From: an uncultured archaeon
GTDB lineage: Archaea > Aenigmatarchaeota > Aenigmatarchaeia > CG10238-14
Direction of reading: 5' to 3'
DNA: 64,000 nucleotides
Assembly: GCA_964392445.1 (NCBI GenBank)
Contig: CAYMPD010000004.1
Location: 3,728-67,727 of the forward strand
This document shows, in pieces, positions 29,913-39,673 of the stretch. Made by a program: the position numbers and the translations under genes. Below the pieces are notes generated by a model that was given only the letters and a program-made list of their open reading frames with translations, made no database searches and had not been told where the DNA came from. Position 1 is the first letter of the stretch, and every line of letters begins with the position of its first letter.

Positions 29913-31149
29913 GAGCGACAGCGTCAATATTCTTAGAAATCAAATCTTCAGCAAAACTATGAGTATCATCCCCATGTACACAAAAAATCTTCTCAGCTCC
30001 AGTTTTTACGATAAAATCAATCAAATCCGAGTGAGAGGCATGAGCACTGAAATCCAATTTTTTAACCATCATCTTAACCTTAAAATCAAGATCCTCATGA
30101 ACATATCTACCCGTTTTCAAGAGTTTATCACCCTCAGTATCGGGAACTTGAAATCCAGTCATAATAAGTGAACAGTCTTCACGATTATGTAGTTTTTTTA
30201 AATAATAAACAACAGCACCACCAGAAAGCATACCACTGGTCGTAATAACCACACAAGGCTTCTTAACAAGTTTTTTTCTTTGCATATGATGTTCAACATA
30301 CTTAACTCCCATTCTTTTCATTGCACTTTTAAGTGAATTATACTTATTCTGAAGGTGAGGATAATCGTTAATAATATCAGTTGCTTGTCTAGCCATCCCT
30401 TCAACATACATAGGAGACTTAATTCCATATTTATCCAGAATTAACATAACTTCTTGTGATCGGGCAATAGCAAAGCATGCAATAACCGCAATACCATCAT
30501 TCGCTAGGGTATTTTTAACCGTCTCAATTAGTTTCTTCTCTTCGGCTTCTCTGTTTGGATGTTCATTCCCAACATAAGTAGATTCAGTTATTAGAACATC
30601 GGGTGTAGGTATATTCATATCACATCCAGCCAACAATCGAGTACTGTCTGTGTTAAAATCACCAGTGTAAAGAATATTTTTACCACCATTTTCAACAAAA
30701 AACATACACGAACCAGGAATATGACCAGCATCATAACTTGTTATTTTGGACTTACCAATCTTAAATGGTTTTCTATAATCAACTCTTCTGAATTTTTTCA
30801 CTGCTCTTCTGGTATCATGACCTGTGAATCTGATTTTTTTCCCTTCCATTTTTGCGATTTTAATCGAATCTTTCCAAAGCATTCGGGAAAAGGGTAGTGT
30901 TATTTCTTGACCTATTAACGGACAATTCTGGCCTTGATGATAAAGATAGGGAACTGCTCCTGAGTGGTCTAAGTGGGTATGAGTGAGGAGGATTGAGTTG
31001 AGTTTTTCTTTAACCTCCTCCGGATACTGAATCGGTTCTTCTTGAAGCTTCACACCATAATCCATTACTAATTTCTCGGTTCCTGTATCGACTAGAATTG
31101 CGGATGATCCTACTTCGTTACATGCTCCTAAAAAAGATATCTTTGTCAA
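29884..31149 (-). CDS. Metallo-beta-lactamase / beta-CASP ribonuclease
   Basis: LTHTHLDH, AGHIPGS, YTGD, ESTY, FSAHA, VHGD. Confidence 0.92.
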   Translation of the reverse strand: MTKISFLGACNEVGSSAILVDTGTEKLVMDYGVKLQEEPIQYPEEVKEKLNSILLTHTHLDHSGAVPYLYHQGQNCPLIGQEITLPFSRMLWKDSIKIAKMEGKKIRFTGHDTRRAVKKFRRVDYRKPFKIGKSKITSYDAGHIPGSCMFFVENGGKNILYTGDFNTDSTRLLAGCDMNIPTPDVLITESTYVGNEHPNREAEEKKLIETVKNTLANDGIAVIACFAIARSQEVMLILDKYGIKSPMYVEGMARQATDIINDYPHLQNKYNSLKSAMKRMGVKYVEHHMQRKKLVKKPCVVITTSGMLSGGAVVYYLKKLHNREDCSLIMTGFQVPDTEGDKLLKTGRYVHEDLDFKVKMMVKKLDFSAHASHSDLIDFIVKTGAEKIFCVHGDDTHSFAEDLISKNIDAVAPKRQEEFDL

Positions 31150-31192
31150 ATAAACAACTCCTTGAGAATTTAGTAGTTAGTATTTAAAAGGA

Positions 31193-32197
31193 TTAACCGT
31201 TGAATAGGGGACTTAAAGCTCTTCCGTGTATTCTATTCGATATAGCAGTTGTTAAAATAGCTATTATGCTATGAATCTCGATAAACTCCCTTTCCTCTTC
31301 GGTATAATGATGAGGGATAGTATCTGTTCCTATTATTCTATATCCACCTTCTACAATTCTTTCTTTTGCGGGACGCCCTTCTGAATCGGGTGTTAAACCT
31401 AGATGTGTTACACAAGTTTCCACGCTTCTAGCACCTCTTTCCATAAGAAGATCTGCAGCATTCATTGATGTACCACCAGAATCAAGGATATCATCGTATT
31501 GGACAACCTTTAAACCTTCCACATTCCCTATCAAACCTACAGGCCTTGTTTTCCCAACACCCAAACGTTCTTTTATAATTACGGCTAAAGGTAGACCGAG
31601 TACATCTGCGAATCTACGACAATTTTTGATGGCTCCACCGTCAGGAGCAACAATAACAGTTTCATTTATAGAGTGATTTTCCCTATATTTTTCAGCCAAG
31701 AATCTGTATGTAGGAAAAGCTTCAAGATGACAATTCCCAGAGAATGAAGCCACAGCTTGATCAACATGGGGATGAAAAGTAAATACTCTATCAGCCCCAG
31801 CAACTTCGTATGCATCTGAAACTAATCTAGAACTTATATCCTCTCTATCATAACTTCTATCTTGTCTTAGCCAAGGATTATAAGGTTCAATTAAAACTAC
31901 CTGTGTAGCATCACATCTTTTTAGAGTTCTGATAATTGATAAAACCTGAACTAGCGATTCAGCTGCAGGTAAAGACATTTGATTTATCAAATATACTTCC
32001 TTCTTTCTGACAGTGTCACTTAAAGTGAATTTGAGTGAACCATCATTAAATAATGTTTCATATGCTTCTATTAGCGAGAAGAAATTTCTATCTTTATCTG
32101 GGAGACTCTGATAAACTCTTTCTCCTATGTAAAAGGGGACATCAACTTTACGTCTAGGATCGTATTTAGGAATAACTATTGCGTAGGGTTGCTTCAT
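31193..32197 (-). CDS. prs: Ribose-phosphate pyrophosphokinase, divergent
   Basis: LRQDR, VAPDGGA, DDILDSGGT, THL; likely start MKQP at 32197. Confidence 0.85.
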   Translation of the reverse strand: MKQPYAIVIPKYDPRRKVDVPFYIGERVYQSLPDKDRNFFSLIEAYETLFNDGSLKFTLSDTVRKKEVYLINQMSLPAAESLVQVLSIIRTLKRCDATQVVLIEPYNPWLRQDRSYDREDISSRLVSDAYEVAGADRVFTFHPHVDQAVASFSGNCHLEAFPTYRFLAEKYRENHSINETVIVAPDGGAIKNCRRFADVLGLPLAVIIKERLGVGKTRPVGLIGNVEGLKVVQYDDILDSGGTSMNAADLLMERGARSVETCVTHLGLTPDSEGRPAKERIVEGGYRIIGTDTIPHHYTEEEREFIEIHSIIAILTTAISNRIHGRALSPLFNG

Positions 32198-32549
32198 ATT
32201 AGTAAATTTGAAAAATAACTTTAAGTTCCAAGAAATTTTCAAAAATAAATAATTTTTTTAATATATTATATTATTTAACAGCTTTTCTTATAAATCTTTT
32301 ATTCTAATACCATCTGGATTTTCATATGCTATTCCTAAGTATTGCTCATAGTGTGTTAATGGATTTTTCCCTGTTGAATCAAGTACATATAATCTACTTT
32401 TAGGGGATTCTAGAACTGGAAATTTATGAGACTTATGAGGGAATGTGCCTCAAGTTTCTATATGGTAAACCAATCCATTACCAAGTAAAACTTAAATTCT
32501 CTTAGTCAATCTAATTATTAATTTATTTTCCTATCACCAATAATTACCT

Positions 32550-33485
32550 ATGAACCTAACACATGGTGCAAAAACAGCAGTTAAACAATGTATGAATATT
32601 CAGTCCAATGAAAGTGTTCTAATAATAACTGACAATGATATGCCTAGACAGATAACAGGATCACTTTTCCAGCAATCCCGAAAAATCACAAAAAGTACAG
32701 TGGTAAAAAAAATGAAAACTTTAGATAGATCTGGTCAAGAACCTCCAGAAGAAATAGCAAAATTAATGCAACAACCCGACGTTCTATTTTTGGTAACATC
32801 CAAATCCTTGAGCCACACACAAGCAAGAAGAACAGCATCTCAAAAAGAGGTTAGAATCGCATCAATGCCAACAGTACCAGTATCATCATTCGTGGATGGA
32901 GGTTTAACCGCGGACTATAATCAAGTCAAGAAGAACTGTGAAAGAATGTTTAATGCGATCAAAGAGAAAAAAAACATCCACCTAACCTCACCTAATGGAA
33001 CAGATGTTGAATTAAAAATAGGTCAATACAAACTCGATAAGGACGATGGAATTTATCATGAACCAGGATCTTTTGGTAATCTTCCTGCGGGAGAAGTATG
33101 TACAGCTCCAAATAAATGCTCAACTAATGGGAAACTGGTCTTAGATAAAATGGGAAGGTTTGGGGAGAATATTAAAATCACAATCAAGAACGGATATGCA
33201 ATAAAAATACAAGGTTCACCAGAGTTAAAATCAACCGTGATCAAGCTTGGTAAGGACGGACGAAATGTTGCTGAAATAGGTATAGGTGCTAATCCAAAGG
33301 CCAAAGTAATTGGGGTTACACTTGAGGATGAGAAAGTTTACGGTACAGTCCACATGGCACTCGGCAATAATGCTAGTTGGGGTGGAGATGTTGATGTTCA
33401 GTTTCATGATGATGGAATAATTCTTAAACCTACTTTGAAAGTTGATGGTGAAGTTTTGATTAAAGATGGCAAGTGGGCGATTTGA
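32550..33485 (+). CDS. M29-type metallo-aminopeptidase
   Basis: GNLPAGEV, AEIGIGANP, LEDEK, HMALG, H-x-D. Confidence 0.88.
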   Translation: MNLTHGAKTAVKQCMNIQSNESVLIITDNDMPRQITGSLFQQSRKITKSTVVKKMKTLDRSGQEPPEEIAKLMQQPDVLFLVTSKSLSHTQARRTASQKEVRIASMPTVPVSSFVDGGLTADYNQVKKNCERMFNAIKEKKNIHLTSPNGTDVELKIGQYKLDKDDGIYHEPGSFGNLPAGEVCTAPNKCSTNGKLVLDKMGRFGENIKITIKNGYAIKIQGSPELKSTVIKLGKDGRNVAEIGIGANPKAKVIGVTLEDEKVYGTVHMALGNNASWGGDVDVQFHDDGIILKPTLKVDGEVLIKDGKWAI

Positions 33486-33525
33486 TAAAAAATTATAAGG
33501 CCAACAAATCCTATTAATTTCCTAG

Positions 33526-34578
33526 GTGAATAACATCCAATACATACTTGACTTCATAAATGCTAATATGTACCTAAAATCCCTGATTATACTAGTTTCA
33601 TTCTTCCTAGGTTCTAAATTATTCCTGTTCATCACCGAAAGAGTCATTTACAAATTAGTCAAAAAAACAAAAACCAGAGTTGACGACAAAATCATTCACA
33701 GAACCGGAAAACCTATCTCACTTGTCCTACTTTTAATCGGCCTCAGATTAGCAATACTACCATTGAACTTGGGAGAAAAACTAATGTCCTCCTCAACAAA
33801 TTTAATCCTCTCACTAATAATACTAGCCATCTCTTACACATTTGTCATGGTTTTTGACGTTCTGATAAATAATTGGGGACTGAAATGGGCGAAAAAAACA
33901 AAATCCACTTTAGACGATAACTTAGTCAAACTCTTACAAAAAACGTCCAAAGTAATAATCTTTTCCATAGCATTCATTTACGTTCTTGATGTTTGGGGGA
34001 TAGAAATAATTCCGTTTTTGGCAAGTATGGGTATAGCAGGTATTGCAATCGCATTTGCACTACAAGATAGTCTGGGAGATGTCTTTGGTGGATTAACACT
34101 GATACTTGACAAGTCTGTGAAGATGGGTGATGTGATTGAACTAGATGATAAAACAACTGGGACAGTGATTGATATTGGGTTAAGAAGTACAAAAATGAGG
34201 ACCTTTGACAATGAGTTGGTAATAGTTCCTAATGGCCAGTTGTCCGATTCAAAAATAATGAACTATGCAGAACCCGATCAGACAGTAAGATTAGTTATTC
34301 CTTTTGGGGTTGCTTATGGGTCTGATATTGATAAAGTCAAAAAAATAATTCTGAAAAAGATTAAAAATTTGGAGCATATACTAGACGATCCAAAACCTCT
34401 AATAAGGTTCGTGGAAATGGGAGATTCTTCTTTAAACTTTAAGTTGTATCTGCAGGTGGATCACTATTCTAATAGATCCGCAACTAAGGATGAAGTAAAC
34501 ACTATTATTTATAACACTTTGAGAAAAGAGGGTATAGAGATACCAAATCCCCAGTTGGATGTTTGGTTAAGGAAGTAA
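33526..34578 (+). CDS. mscS: MscS small-conductance mechanosensitive channel; start possibly ATC at 33535
   Basis: GIAGIAIAFALQD, IGLRSTK, VPNGQL, GVAYGSD, IEIP. Confidence 0.92.
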   Translation: MNNIQYILDFINANMYLKSLIILVSFFLGSKLFLFITERVIYKLVKKTKTRVDDKIIHRTGKPISLVLLLIGLRLAILPLNLGEKLMSSSTNLILSLIILAISYTFVMVFDVLINNWGLKWAKKTKSTLDDNLVKLLQKTSKVIIFSIAFIYVLDVWGIEIIPFLASMGIAGIAIAFALQDSLGDVFGGLTLILDKSVKMGDVIELDDKTTGTVIDIGLRSTKMRTFDNELVIVPNGQLSDSKIMNYAEPDQTVRLVIPFGVAYGSDIDKVKKIILKKIKNLEHILDDPKPLIRFVEMGDSSLNFKLYLQVDHYSNRSATKDEVNTIIYNTLRKEGIEIPNPQLDVWLRK

Positions 34579-34722
34579 TACTCCAGCTTTTCCTGTACCA
34601 AAACTATTTATACCAATTATGTCATTAGTTATGAGTGAAGTGATGGTGATGAACCGCCAATATGTAACGCTAGTATAGAAGAAAAAGATTTTACTAGTGA
34701 TAATAAGCTTCTTCTTGATTGT

Positions 34723-34977
34723 TTGAGGAAAGTTCTTGACGAGAGGCTAACACAAAAACAGAAATTCATTGTTAACTTTCTACGAGTGAACGGAGCAGAT
34801 AATATTACACGTTTGGTTGAATTTTTAGCAAAGGAAATGGAATGTTCTGAATCTTGTGTTTGGAATAATATTAATTCTTTGAAGAAATGTGGGTTGGTTG
34901 AGAATGGTTTGAATAGACCTGTTAAACTTTCTGGGGTTTGCAGAAGTATTTTTGGAGGAGATGATGATGAAAGGTGA
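34723..34977 (+). CDS. Small winged-HTH protein (start uncertain; frame open from 34639)
   Basis: LTQKQKFIV...SESCVWNNINSLKKCGLV helix-turn-helix pattern. Confidence 0.6.
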   Translation: MRKVLDERLTQKQKFIVNFLRVNGADNITRLVEFLAKEMECSESCVWNNINSLKKCGLVENGLNRPVKLSGVCRSIFGGDDDER

Positions 34978-34998
34978 ATGTTTTTACTTCTTTATTTT

Positions 34999-35114
34999 CC
35001 CGTGGTAGCTCAATCGCAGAGCGCCTGGTTGTAGATGGACATAGAATACTTCTTGTTATTCTTGAATGTCTGATAGTGACCAGAAGGTTGGGAGTTCAAT
35101 TCTCTCCCATGGGA
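34999..35114 (+). tRNA. tRNA-Tyr(GTA) with a 44-nt intron at 37/38 (35035-35078)
   Basis: Acceptor CCCGTGG/CCATGGG with C1-G72 and A73; D and T arms; BHB motif around the intron. Confidence 0.92.
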
Positions 35115-35130
35115 TCAGAGGCGATGAAAA

Positions 35131-35496
35131 ATGAGTAGAAATAAATATGGACTCAGAATACAGGGCGAAGTTAGAGATATCTATATTTTTGATTTTATGA
35201 ATGCTCTTCAGGAATATACAGGAGAGAATATTGGAGTTTTGAATGGTGGTGGAGGCTTAAAGAGACTAGTAAACAGTGATGTTGAAGGTAGAGTTAGAGG
35301 TGATTGGTATGAAATGATGGTCGAATGTGGTGAACCGAATAGTTTTATACCTTATACAAGGACTTTCCCTATTAGGTTGGATTTCAAAACCACTCCGAGA
35401 AACAAAAGAAGAGCAGATGAAACCATGGAAGATATAATTAGGATAGTGCTAGACAATGGAGGTTCAGTATTCTTCTATGGAGAGTTTGAGAGGTGA
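35131..35496 (+). CDS. Hypothetical protein
   Basis: ORF tightly packed behind tRNA-Tyr. Confidence 0.6.
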   Translation: MSRNKYGLRIQGEVRDIYIFDFMNALQEYTGENIGVLNGGGGLKRLVNSDVEGRVRGDWYEMMVECGEPNSFIPYTRTFPIRLDFKTTPRNKRRADETMEDIIRIVLDNGGSVFFYGEFER

Positions 35497-35502
35497 GGTA
35501 GT

Positions 35503-35913
35503 ATGTGGCTTGATAAAGTGAAAAAAATACTATATGGAATTTGTTTGACTTCTACAATTTCAGGTTGTGGAGATGTGAACATGGATACAAATAGAGAAAT
35601 ATCTAGGTCCGTAACGAGGGAAATTAAAGCAGAGAAATTTGAATGTAAAGAGATTTTTTATCCTGGGGCGGGGGGAGTTTTTGCGAAAGAAATAATAATC
35701 TCAATAGAAGATGAGAATGGAGTATTGTACAGAAGTAATGCTGTATGGCCGACTGAAAATGAAAAATTTGGTTACTTTGAAGAATTATGTGGTAGAATGA
35801 GAAGAGGGAAGATAGGAGCAGGAGCGGATGTAGCTCTTTACGGAGAAATAAGACCAAGAAGAGACAGTATTTTACAAGTAGATGAAATATACCTGACTGA
35901 TCTAGGTGATTAA
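35503..35913 (+). CDS. Hypothetical protein, possible lipoprotein
   Basis: N-terminal hydrophobic stretch ending ISGC; GAGG SD. Confidence 0.6.
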   Translation: MWLDKVKKILYGICLTSTISGCGDVNMDTNREISRSVTREIKAEKFECKEIFYPGAGGVFAKEIIISIEDENGVLYRSNAVWPTENEKFGYFEELCGRMRRGKIGAGADVALYGEIRPRRDSILQVDEIYLTDLGD

Positions 35914-35914
35914 A

Positions 35915-36598
35915 ATGAAAACAATAGGAATAATAGGTGGTATGGGACCTGAAACAACTTCAAAATTTTATTTAGAGCTAATTAGGTTGTCTAGAAGGGA
36001 AATGGGTCATTTACCATCAATCATAATAGAAAGCTTACCGATTAGTTTTAGTTCGGAAGAGAATTTTGTTAAAAACGGAATTAAAGAATCTGAATTCGAG
36101 AGATTAATGATTAAATCGGCGAAACGTTTCGAGGAGATAGGGGTTAATCTGGTAGTAATCCCATCAAATACAGCCCACTTTTTCATAGAAAAAGTCAGGG
36201 AAAGCACAAGTATTCCTGTGATGAATATCATAAAGGAAACTACTAAATTGTGTCTCAAAAGGGGTTTTAGGAAAGTTGGGGTTCTGGGGACTGAAATTAC
36301 AATGAAAAATAGATTATATGAGAAAGAATTCGAGAAATTTAACATCGAAATTATTAAATTGGATAAGAAAAATCAGGAAGAATTATCAAATATAATACAT
36401 AGAATAGTCACTGGTGATACTAAAACAAAAGATCAAAAAAATTTAGAAAATCTAATGGAAATTTTAAAAAATAAGGGTGCAGAAGTAATAATTTTGGGTT
36501 GCACAGACCTTCAAAATCTAATCAAAGATAGTTCTAATATTGAAATAATCGATAGTATGCATACTCTTGTTGAAGCAACATTCAGGAAATTATTATGA
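35915..36598 (+). CDS. Aspartate/glutamate racemase family protein (first Cys replaced by Ser)
   Basis: IGIIGGMGP, IPSNTAH, LGCTDL. Confidence 0.88.
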   Translation: MKTIGIIGGMGPETTSKFYLELIRLSRREMGHLPSIIIESLPISFSSEENFVKNGIKESEFERLMIKSAKRFEEIGVNLVVIPSNTAHFFIEKVRESTSIPVMNIIKETTKLCLKRGFRKVGVLGTEITMKNRLYEKEFEKFNIEIIKLDKKNQEELSNIIHRIVTGDTKTKDQKNLENLMEILKNKGAEVIILGCTDLQNLIKDSSNIEIIDSMHTLVEATFRKLL

Positions 36599-36629
36599 TT
36601 AAAAAAACAAAAATTATGTAGGTGATAAT

Positions 36630-37100
36630 GTGTCAAAAGTAGATCAAGTAAAACAGTTCATAGAAGAAAATAATCTAGAAGCAGAGATAATAGAGCATGA
36701 AGAATCAGGATTAACAAGCGAACAGGCCGCAGAAGCAACAGGAGTAGATATAGAACAAATAATCAAAACACTACTATTCATGGACAAGAAACACAGACCA
36801 GTAATAGTAATCTGTCAAGGTCATAAAAGAGTCGATATGGATAAAGTGATAAAGTTTGTCGAACTAAAAAAACCAAGATTAGCTAGACCAGAAGAAATCA
36901 AACAATTACTGGGAACAGAACCAGGAGGAACACCACCGATATGCTTACCCGAAGATATACCAGTTCTGATGGATAAAGGAGTCACTAAACAGAAATTTGT
37001 GGTTGGGTCAGCGGGAACAAAATTCACTGGCTTAAAACTAAAACCATATGATATTGTTAAATTTACTAATGCTAAAATAGTTAGTATAACTGAGGGATAG
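36630..37100 (+). CDS. YbaK/EbsC (INS superfamily) aminoacyl-tRNA deacylase
   Basis: IIKTLLF, GTEPGGTPP, VVGSAG. Confidence 0.85.
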   Translation: MSKVDQVKQFIEENNLEAEIIEHEESGLTSEQAAEATGVDIEQIIKTLLFMDKKHRPVIVICQGHKRVDMDKVIKFVELKKPRLARPEEIKQLLGTEPGGTPPICLPEDIPVLMDKGVTKQKFVVGSAGTKFTGLKLKPYDIVKFTNAKIVSITEG

Positions 37101-37104
37101 AGAA

Positions 37105-37248
37105 ATGACAGAATACTTTACAAGATACATCAAATACCCAGACGGAACACTAGAAGAATTAAAAGTTCCTAAGAAAGAAGTAAGAAAACAAATACTAGAA
37201 TCTGCTAAAAGAAACAAAGAAATGTTGGACATACTTGCAAAACTTTAG
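37105..37248 (+). CDS. 47-aa hypothetical protein
   Basis: Manual translation MTEYFTRYIKYPDGTLEELKVPKKEVRKQILESAKRNKEMLDILAKL; exactly fills the ybaK-tyrS gap. Confidence 0.55.
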   Translation: MTEYFTRYIKYPDGTLEELKVPKKEVRKQILESAKRNKEMLDILAKL

Positions 37249-37257
37249 GTGAAATTA

Positions 37258-38343
37258 ATGGATTTAGAAAAAAGAATGGAATTAATTAAAAGACCTCCAA
37301 CTGAAGAGGTAATTACAGAGGAAGACCTGAAAGAATTATTGCAAACAAAAGATCATCCAGTAGCTTATGACGGGTTTGAAACTTCAGGACTTCTACACTT
37401 AGCATCAGGGCCCTTACGTGCAATTAAAGTTCAAGATATGCTTGATGCAGGTTGCGAATTCATTCTATGGATAGCCGACTGGTTTGCTTATATCAACAAC
37501 AAAATGGGCGGAGATTTAGAACTCATCAAAAAAACAGGCGAATATTACATCGAAGGTTGGAAAGCGTGTGGAGTCGACATGAAAAAAGTCAAAGTTATGT
37601 GGACGAGCGATGCCGTAAAAGACCCGAATTACTGGAAAGGTGTTATAGATGTTGCCAAGAATACAACCGTCAACCGAACAATCCGCTCAGGACCAATAAT
37701 GGGAAGAAGCGAGTCAGAGATGCAATACACGGCACAGTTGTTCTACCCGATGATGCAGGCGTGGGATCCATTTTATCTCAAAGCTGATATTCTCCAATTG
37801 GGAATGGATCAAAGAAATGCTACAGTTCTTTCGCGTGAATTAACTTCAAAGTTGGGTTATTCGACAAGGGTGTGTGTTCATCATCATTTATTAGCAGGTT
37901 TGCAGGGACCAAAAGAAGGAAGAATGGGACAAGAAACAGCAACAGTTCAGTTAGAAGACAAGATGAGTAAATCCAAACCAAATACAGCAATATTCATCCA
38001 CGACAGTAAGAAGGAAATCCAGGAAAAAATAAATGGTGCATTTTGCCCAGAAAAAGTTGTTAAAGGGAACCCAGTTTTGGAAATATGGAAGTACATAGTC
38101 TTCAGAAAATTTGATTCTAGAACTATAAAAAGACCGTCCAAATTCGGTGGAGATATTACAGTCGGAAATTACGAAGAACTAGAAAATAAGTTCAGAAAAG
38201 GAGAATTACACCCATTAGATCTGAAAAAAGAAACATCCGAAGCTTTAAACGAAATAATAAACCCAATAAGGAAACATTTCGAAAGAAACAAAAAAGCTAA
38301 GAAATTGTACGAAACTGTAAAAAAGGCCAAAATAACCCGCTAA
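37258..38343 (+). CDS. tyrS: Tyrosyl-tRNA synthetase (archaeal type)
   Basis: [12 protein letters not shown] (HIGH), ADWFA, YPMMQ, GMDQ, KMSKS. Confidence 0.95.
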   Translation: MDLEKRMELIKRPPTEEVITEEDLKELLQTKDHPVAYDGFETSGLLHLASGPLRAIKVQDMLDAGCEFILWIADWFAYINNKMGGDLELIKKTGEYYIEGWKACGVDMKKVKVMWTSDAVKDPNYWKGVIDVAKNTTVNRTIRSGPIMGRSESEMQYTAQLFYPMMQAWDPFYLKADILQLGMDQRNATVLSRELTSKLGYSTRVCVHHHLLAGLQGPKEGRMGQETATVQLEDKMSKSKPNTAIFIHDSKKEIQEKINGAFCPEKVVKGNPVLEIWKYIVFRKFDSRTIKRPSKFGGDITVGNYEELENKFRKGELHPLDLKKETSEALNEIINPIRKHFERNKKAKKLYETVKKAKITR

Positions 38344-38618
38344 ATAACATTCCCATTATGTTCTTCTAACCAATTAGTGATACCTTTCTTGATATCAATT
38401 ATCACCTTTTCCCCAGAAGGCATAGTTCTTTTGATTGTCATCGCAACTTTTTTCTTTTTAAACTCTTCCTTTGCGATTTTAAGGGGATCAAATACACCTT
38501 TCGGTTTTTTAATAAGCAATGGTGCACCTAAAGAAATCTGTAAGGATCTCGCACCTATAATCCTTGCGACTTCGAATCTTGTTAATCTTTCATTTGGCCA
38601 GATTGAAATAAAATTCAC
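38340..38618 (-). CDS. rpoK: RNA polymerase subunit Rpo6/K; start possibly ATT at 38609
   Basis: [22 protein letters not shown]. Confidence 0.93.
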   Translation of the reverse strand: MNFISIWPNERLTRFEVARIIGARSLQISLGAPLLIKKPKGVFDPLKIAKEEFKKKKVAMTIKRTMPSGEKVIIDIKKGITNWLEEHNGNVI

Positions 38619-38623
38619 CTCAT

Positions 38624-38818
38624 TTAAGGCTGAAACTTTGCCACTTTTTTAATTAAATCAACATGTCCTATAAACAAACCTCTACAGCAGTATCGGATTA
38701 AACCTAAATCATCCAAAACCTTCTTGGAATCTTCACCTTTTTCCACTCTTTTTTTGTATTCTTCCCATAGATGACCTACAACTTTTCCACAGCTGAAACA
38801 ACGAACTGGTATTATCAT
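38624..38818 (-). CDS. rpoN: RNA polymerase subunit Rpo10/N
   Basis: [10 protein letters not shown]...RYCCR. Confidence 0.96.
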   Translation of the reverse strand: MIIPVRCFSCGKVVGHLWEEYKKRVEKGEDSKKVLDDLGLIRYCCRGLFIGHVDLIKKVAKFQP

Positions 38819-38823
38819 TTTCT

Positions 38824-39237
38824 TTACCTCTTTGACCTTTGTTTATGTCTTCTTGCCCCTTTTCTCGAACGGGATGGTTTATGGGGCTCACATCTCCTAG
38901 CATCATACGCTAAAAGATTCCTATCATAATCAAGATACGTTTTCTTTAGTTTTTCATCTTTAAAAAATTCTACCATCCCTTTAGCAATACTCTGACGGAT
39001 GGCGTCTGCTTGTGAGGATATTCCTCCACCTGAAACATTAACTTTAACATCAACTTCTTTTGATTTGTCTCCGACTAGGATTAACGCTTCTCTTATTTTC
39101 ATCCTTACAAACTCGGGTTGGTAGATGTCTAATGGAGTGTCATTGATTTCCACTTTCCCCTTCCCTTTTTTGAATCTCGCTCTAGCTACACTCGTCTTTC
39201 TTTTCCCAGTCGCGAATGCTAGTTTTTCTTTAGCCAT
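38824..39237 (-). CDS. rps9: 30S ribosomal protein S9 (uS9)
   Basis: [26 protein letters not shown] tail. Confidence 0.96.
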   Translation of the reverse strand: MAKEKLAFATGKRKTSVARARFKKGKGKVEINDTPLDIYQPEFVRMKIREALILVGDKSKEVDVKVNVSGGGISSQADAIRQSIAKGMVEFFKDEKLKKTYLDYDRNLLAYDARRCEPHKPSRSRKGARRHKQRSKR

Positions 39238-39238
39238 T

Positions 39239-39673
39239 TTACCATCTCTTCTTTGCTCCTAACCACAATGATAATTCTTCAACACTAATACTTTTACACT
39301 TTAATCTATTAGCATCTGCGTCTTTTAAACGAATTGGTTCTTTATTTTTTAATTCTTTTGGGACTCCCACGTGAACTTTTAACCTTTTGTAAGCCTTCTG
39401 CCCCCTTTGTATTTTTATTGGTAGCATTCCTCTTATTACCCTTCTTACTATTCCACTCGGTGTTTTTGGGTAATGTGGACCATGTCTGGGATCCCCTCTT
39501 TGCCGTCTTTCAAGGTATTTTTGCTTTGTGTTTTTTGGATTTCCCGATATTCTTACCTTTTCACAATTAACCACATGAACTTGTTCACCTTTAAGCAGAT
39601 CTTTAGCAACACGAGTAGACAATCTTCCTAATATTTGGTTGTCAGCATCGTAAACTTTCATAATCATCAACAC
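39239..39673 (-). CDS. rpl13: 50S ribosomal protein L13 (uL13)
   Basis: ILGRLS, VNCEK, GPHYPK, IRGMLP. Confidence 0.95.
   Translation of the reverse strand: MLMIMKVYDADNQILGRLSTRVAKDLLKGEQVHVVNCEKVRISGNPKNTKQKYLERRQRGDPRHGPHYPKTPSGIVRRVIRGMLPIKIQRGQKAYKRLKVHVGVPKELKNKEPIRLKDADANRLKCKSISVEELSLWLGAKKRW

Noticed and set aside
32290-32460. About 55-codon minus-strand open stretch between prs and the aminopeptidase
   Set aside because: It has no start codon and no recognisable motif; at most an unidentifiable remnant.
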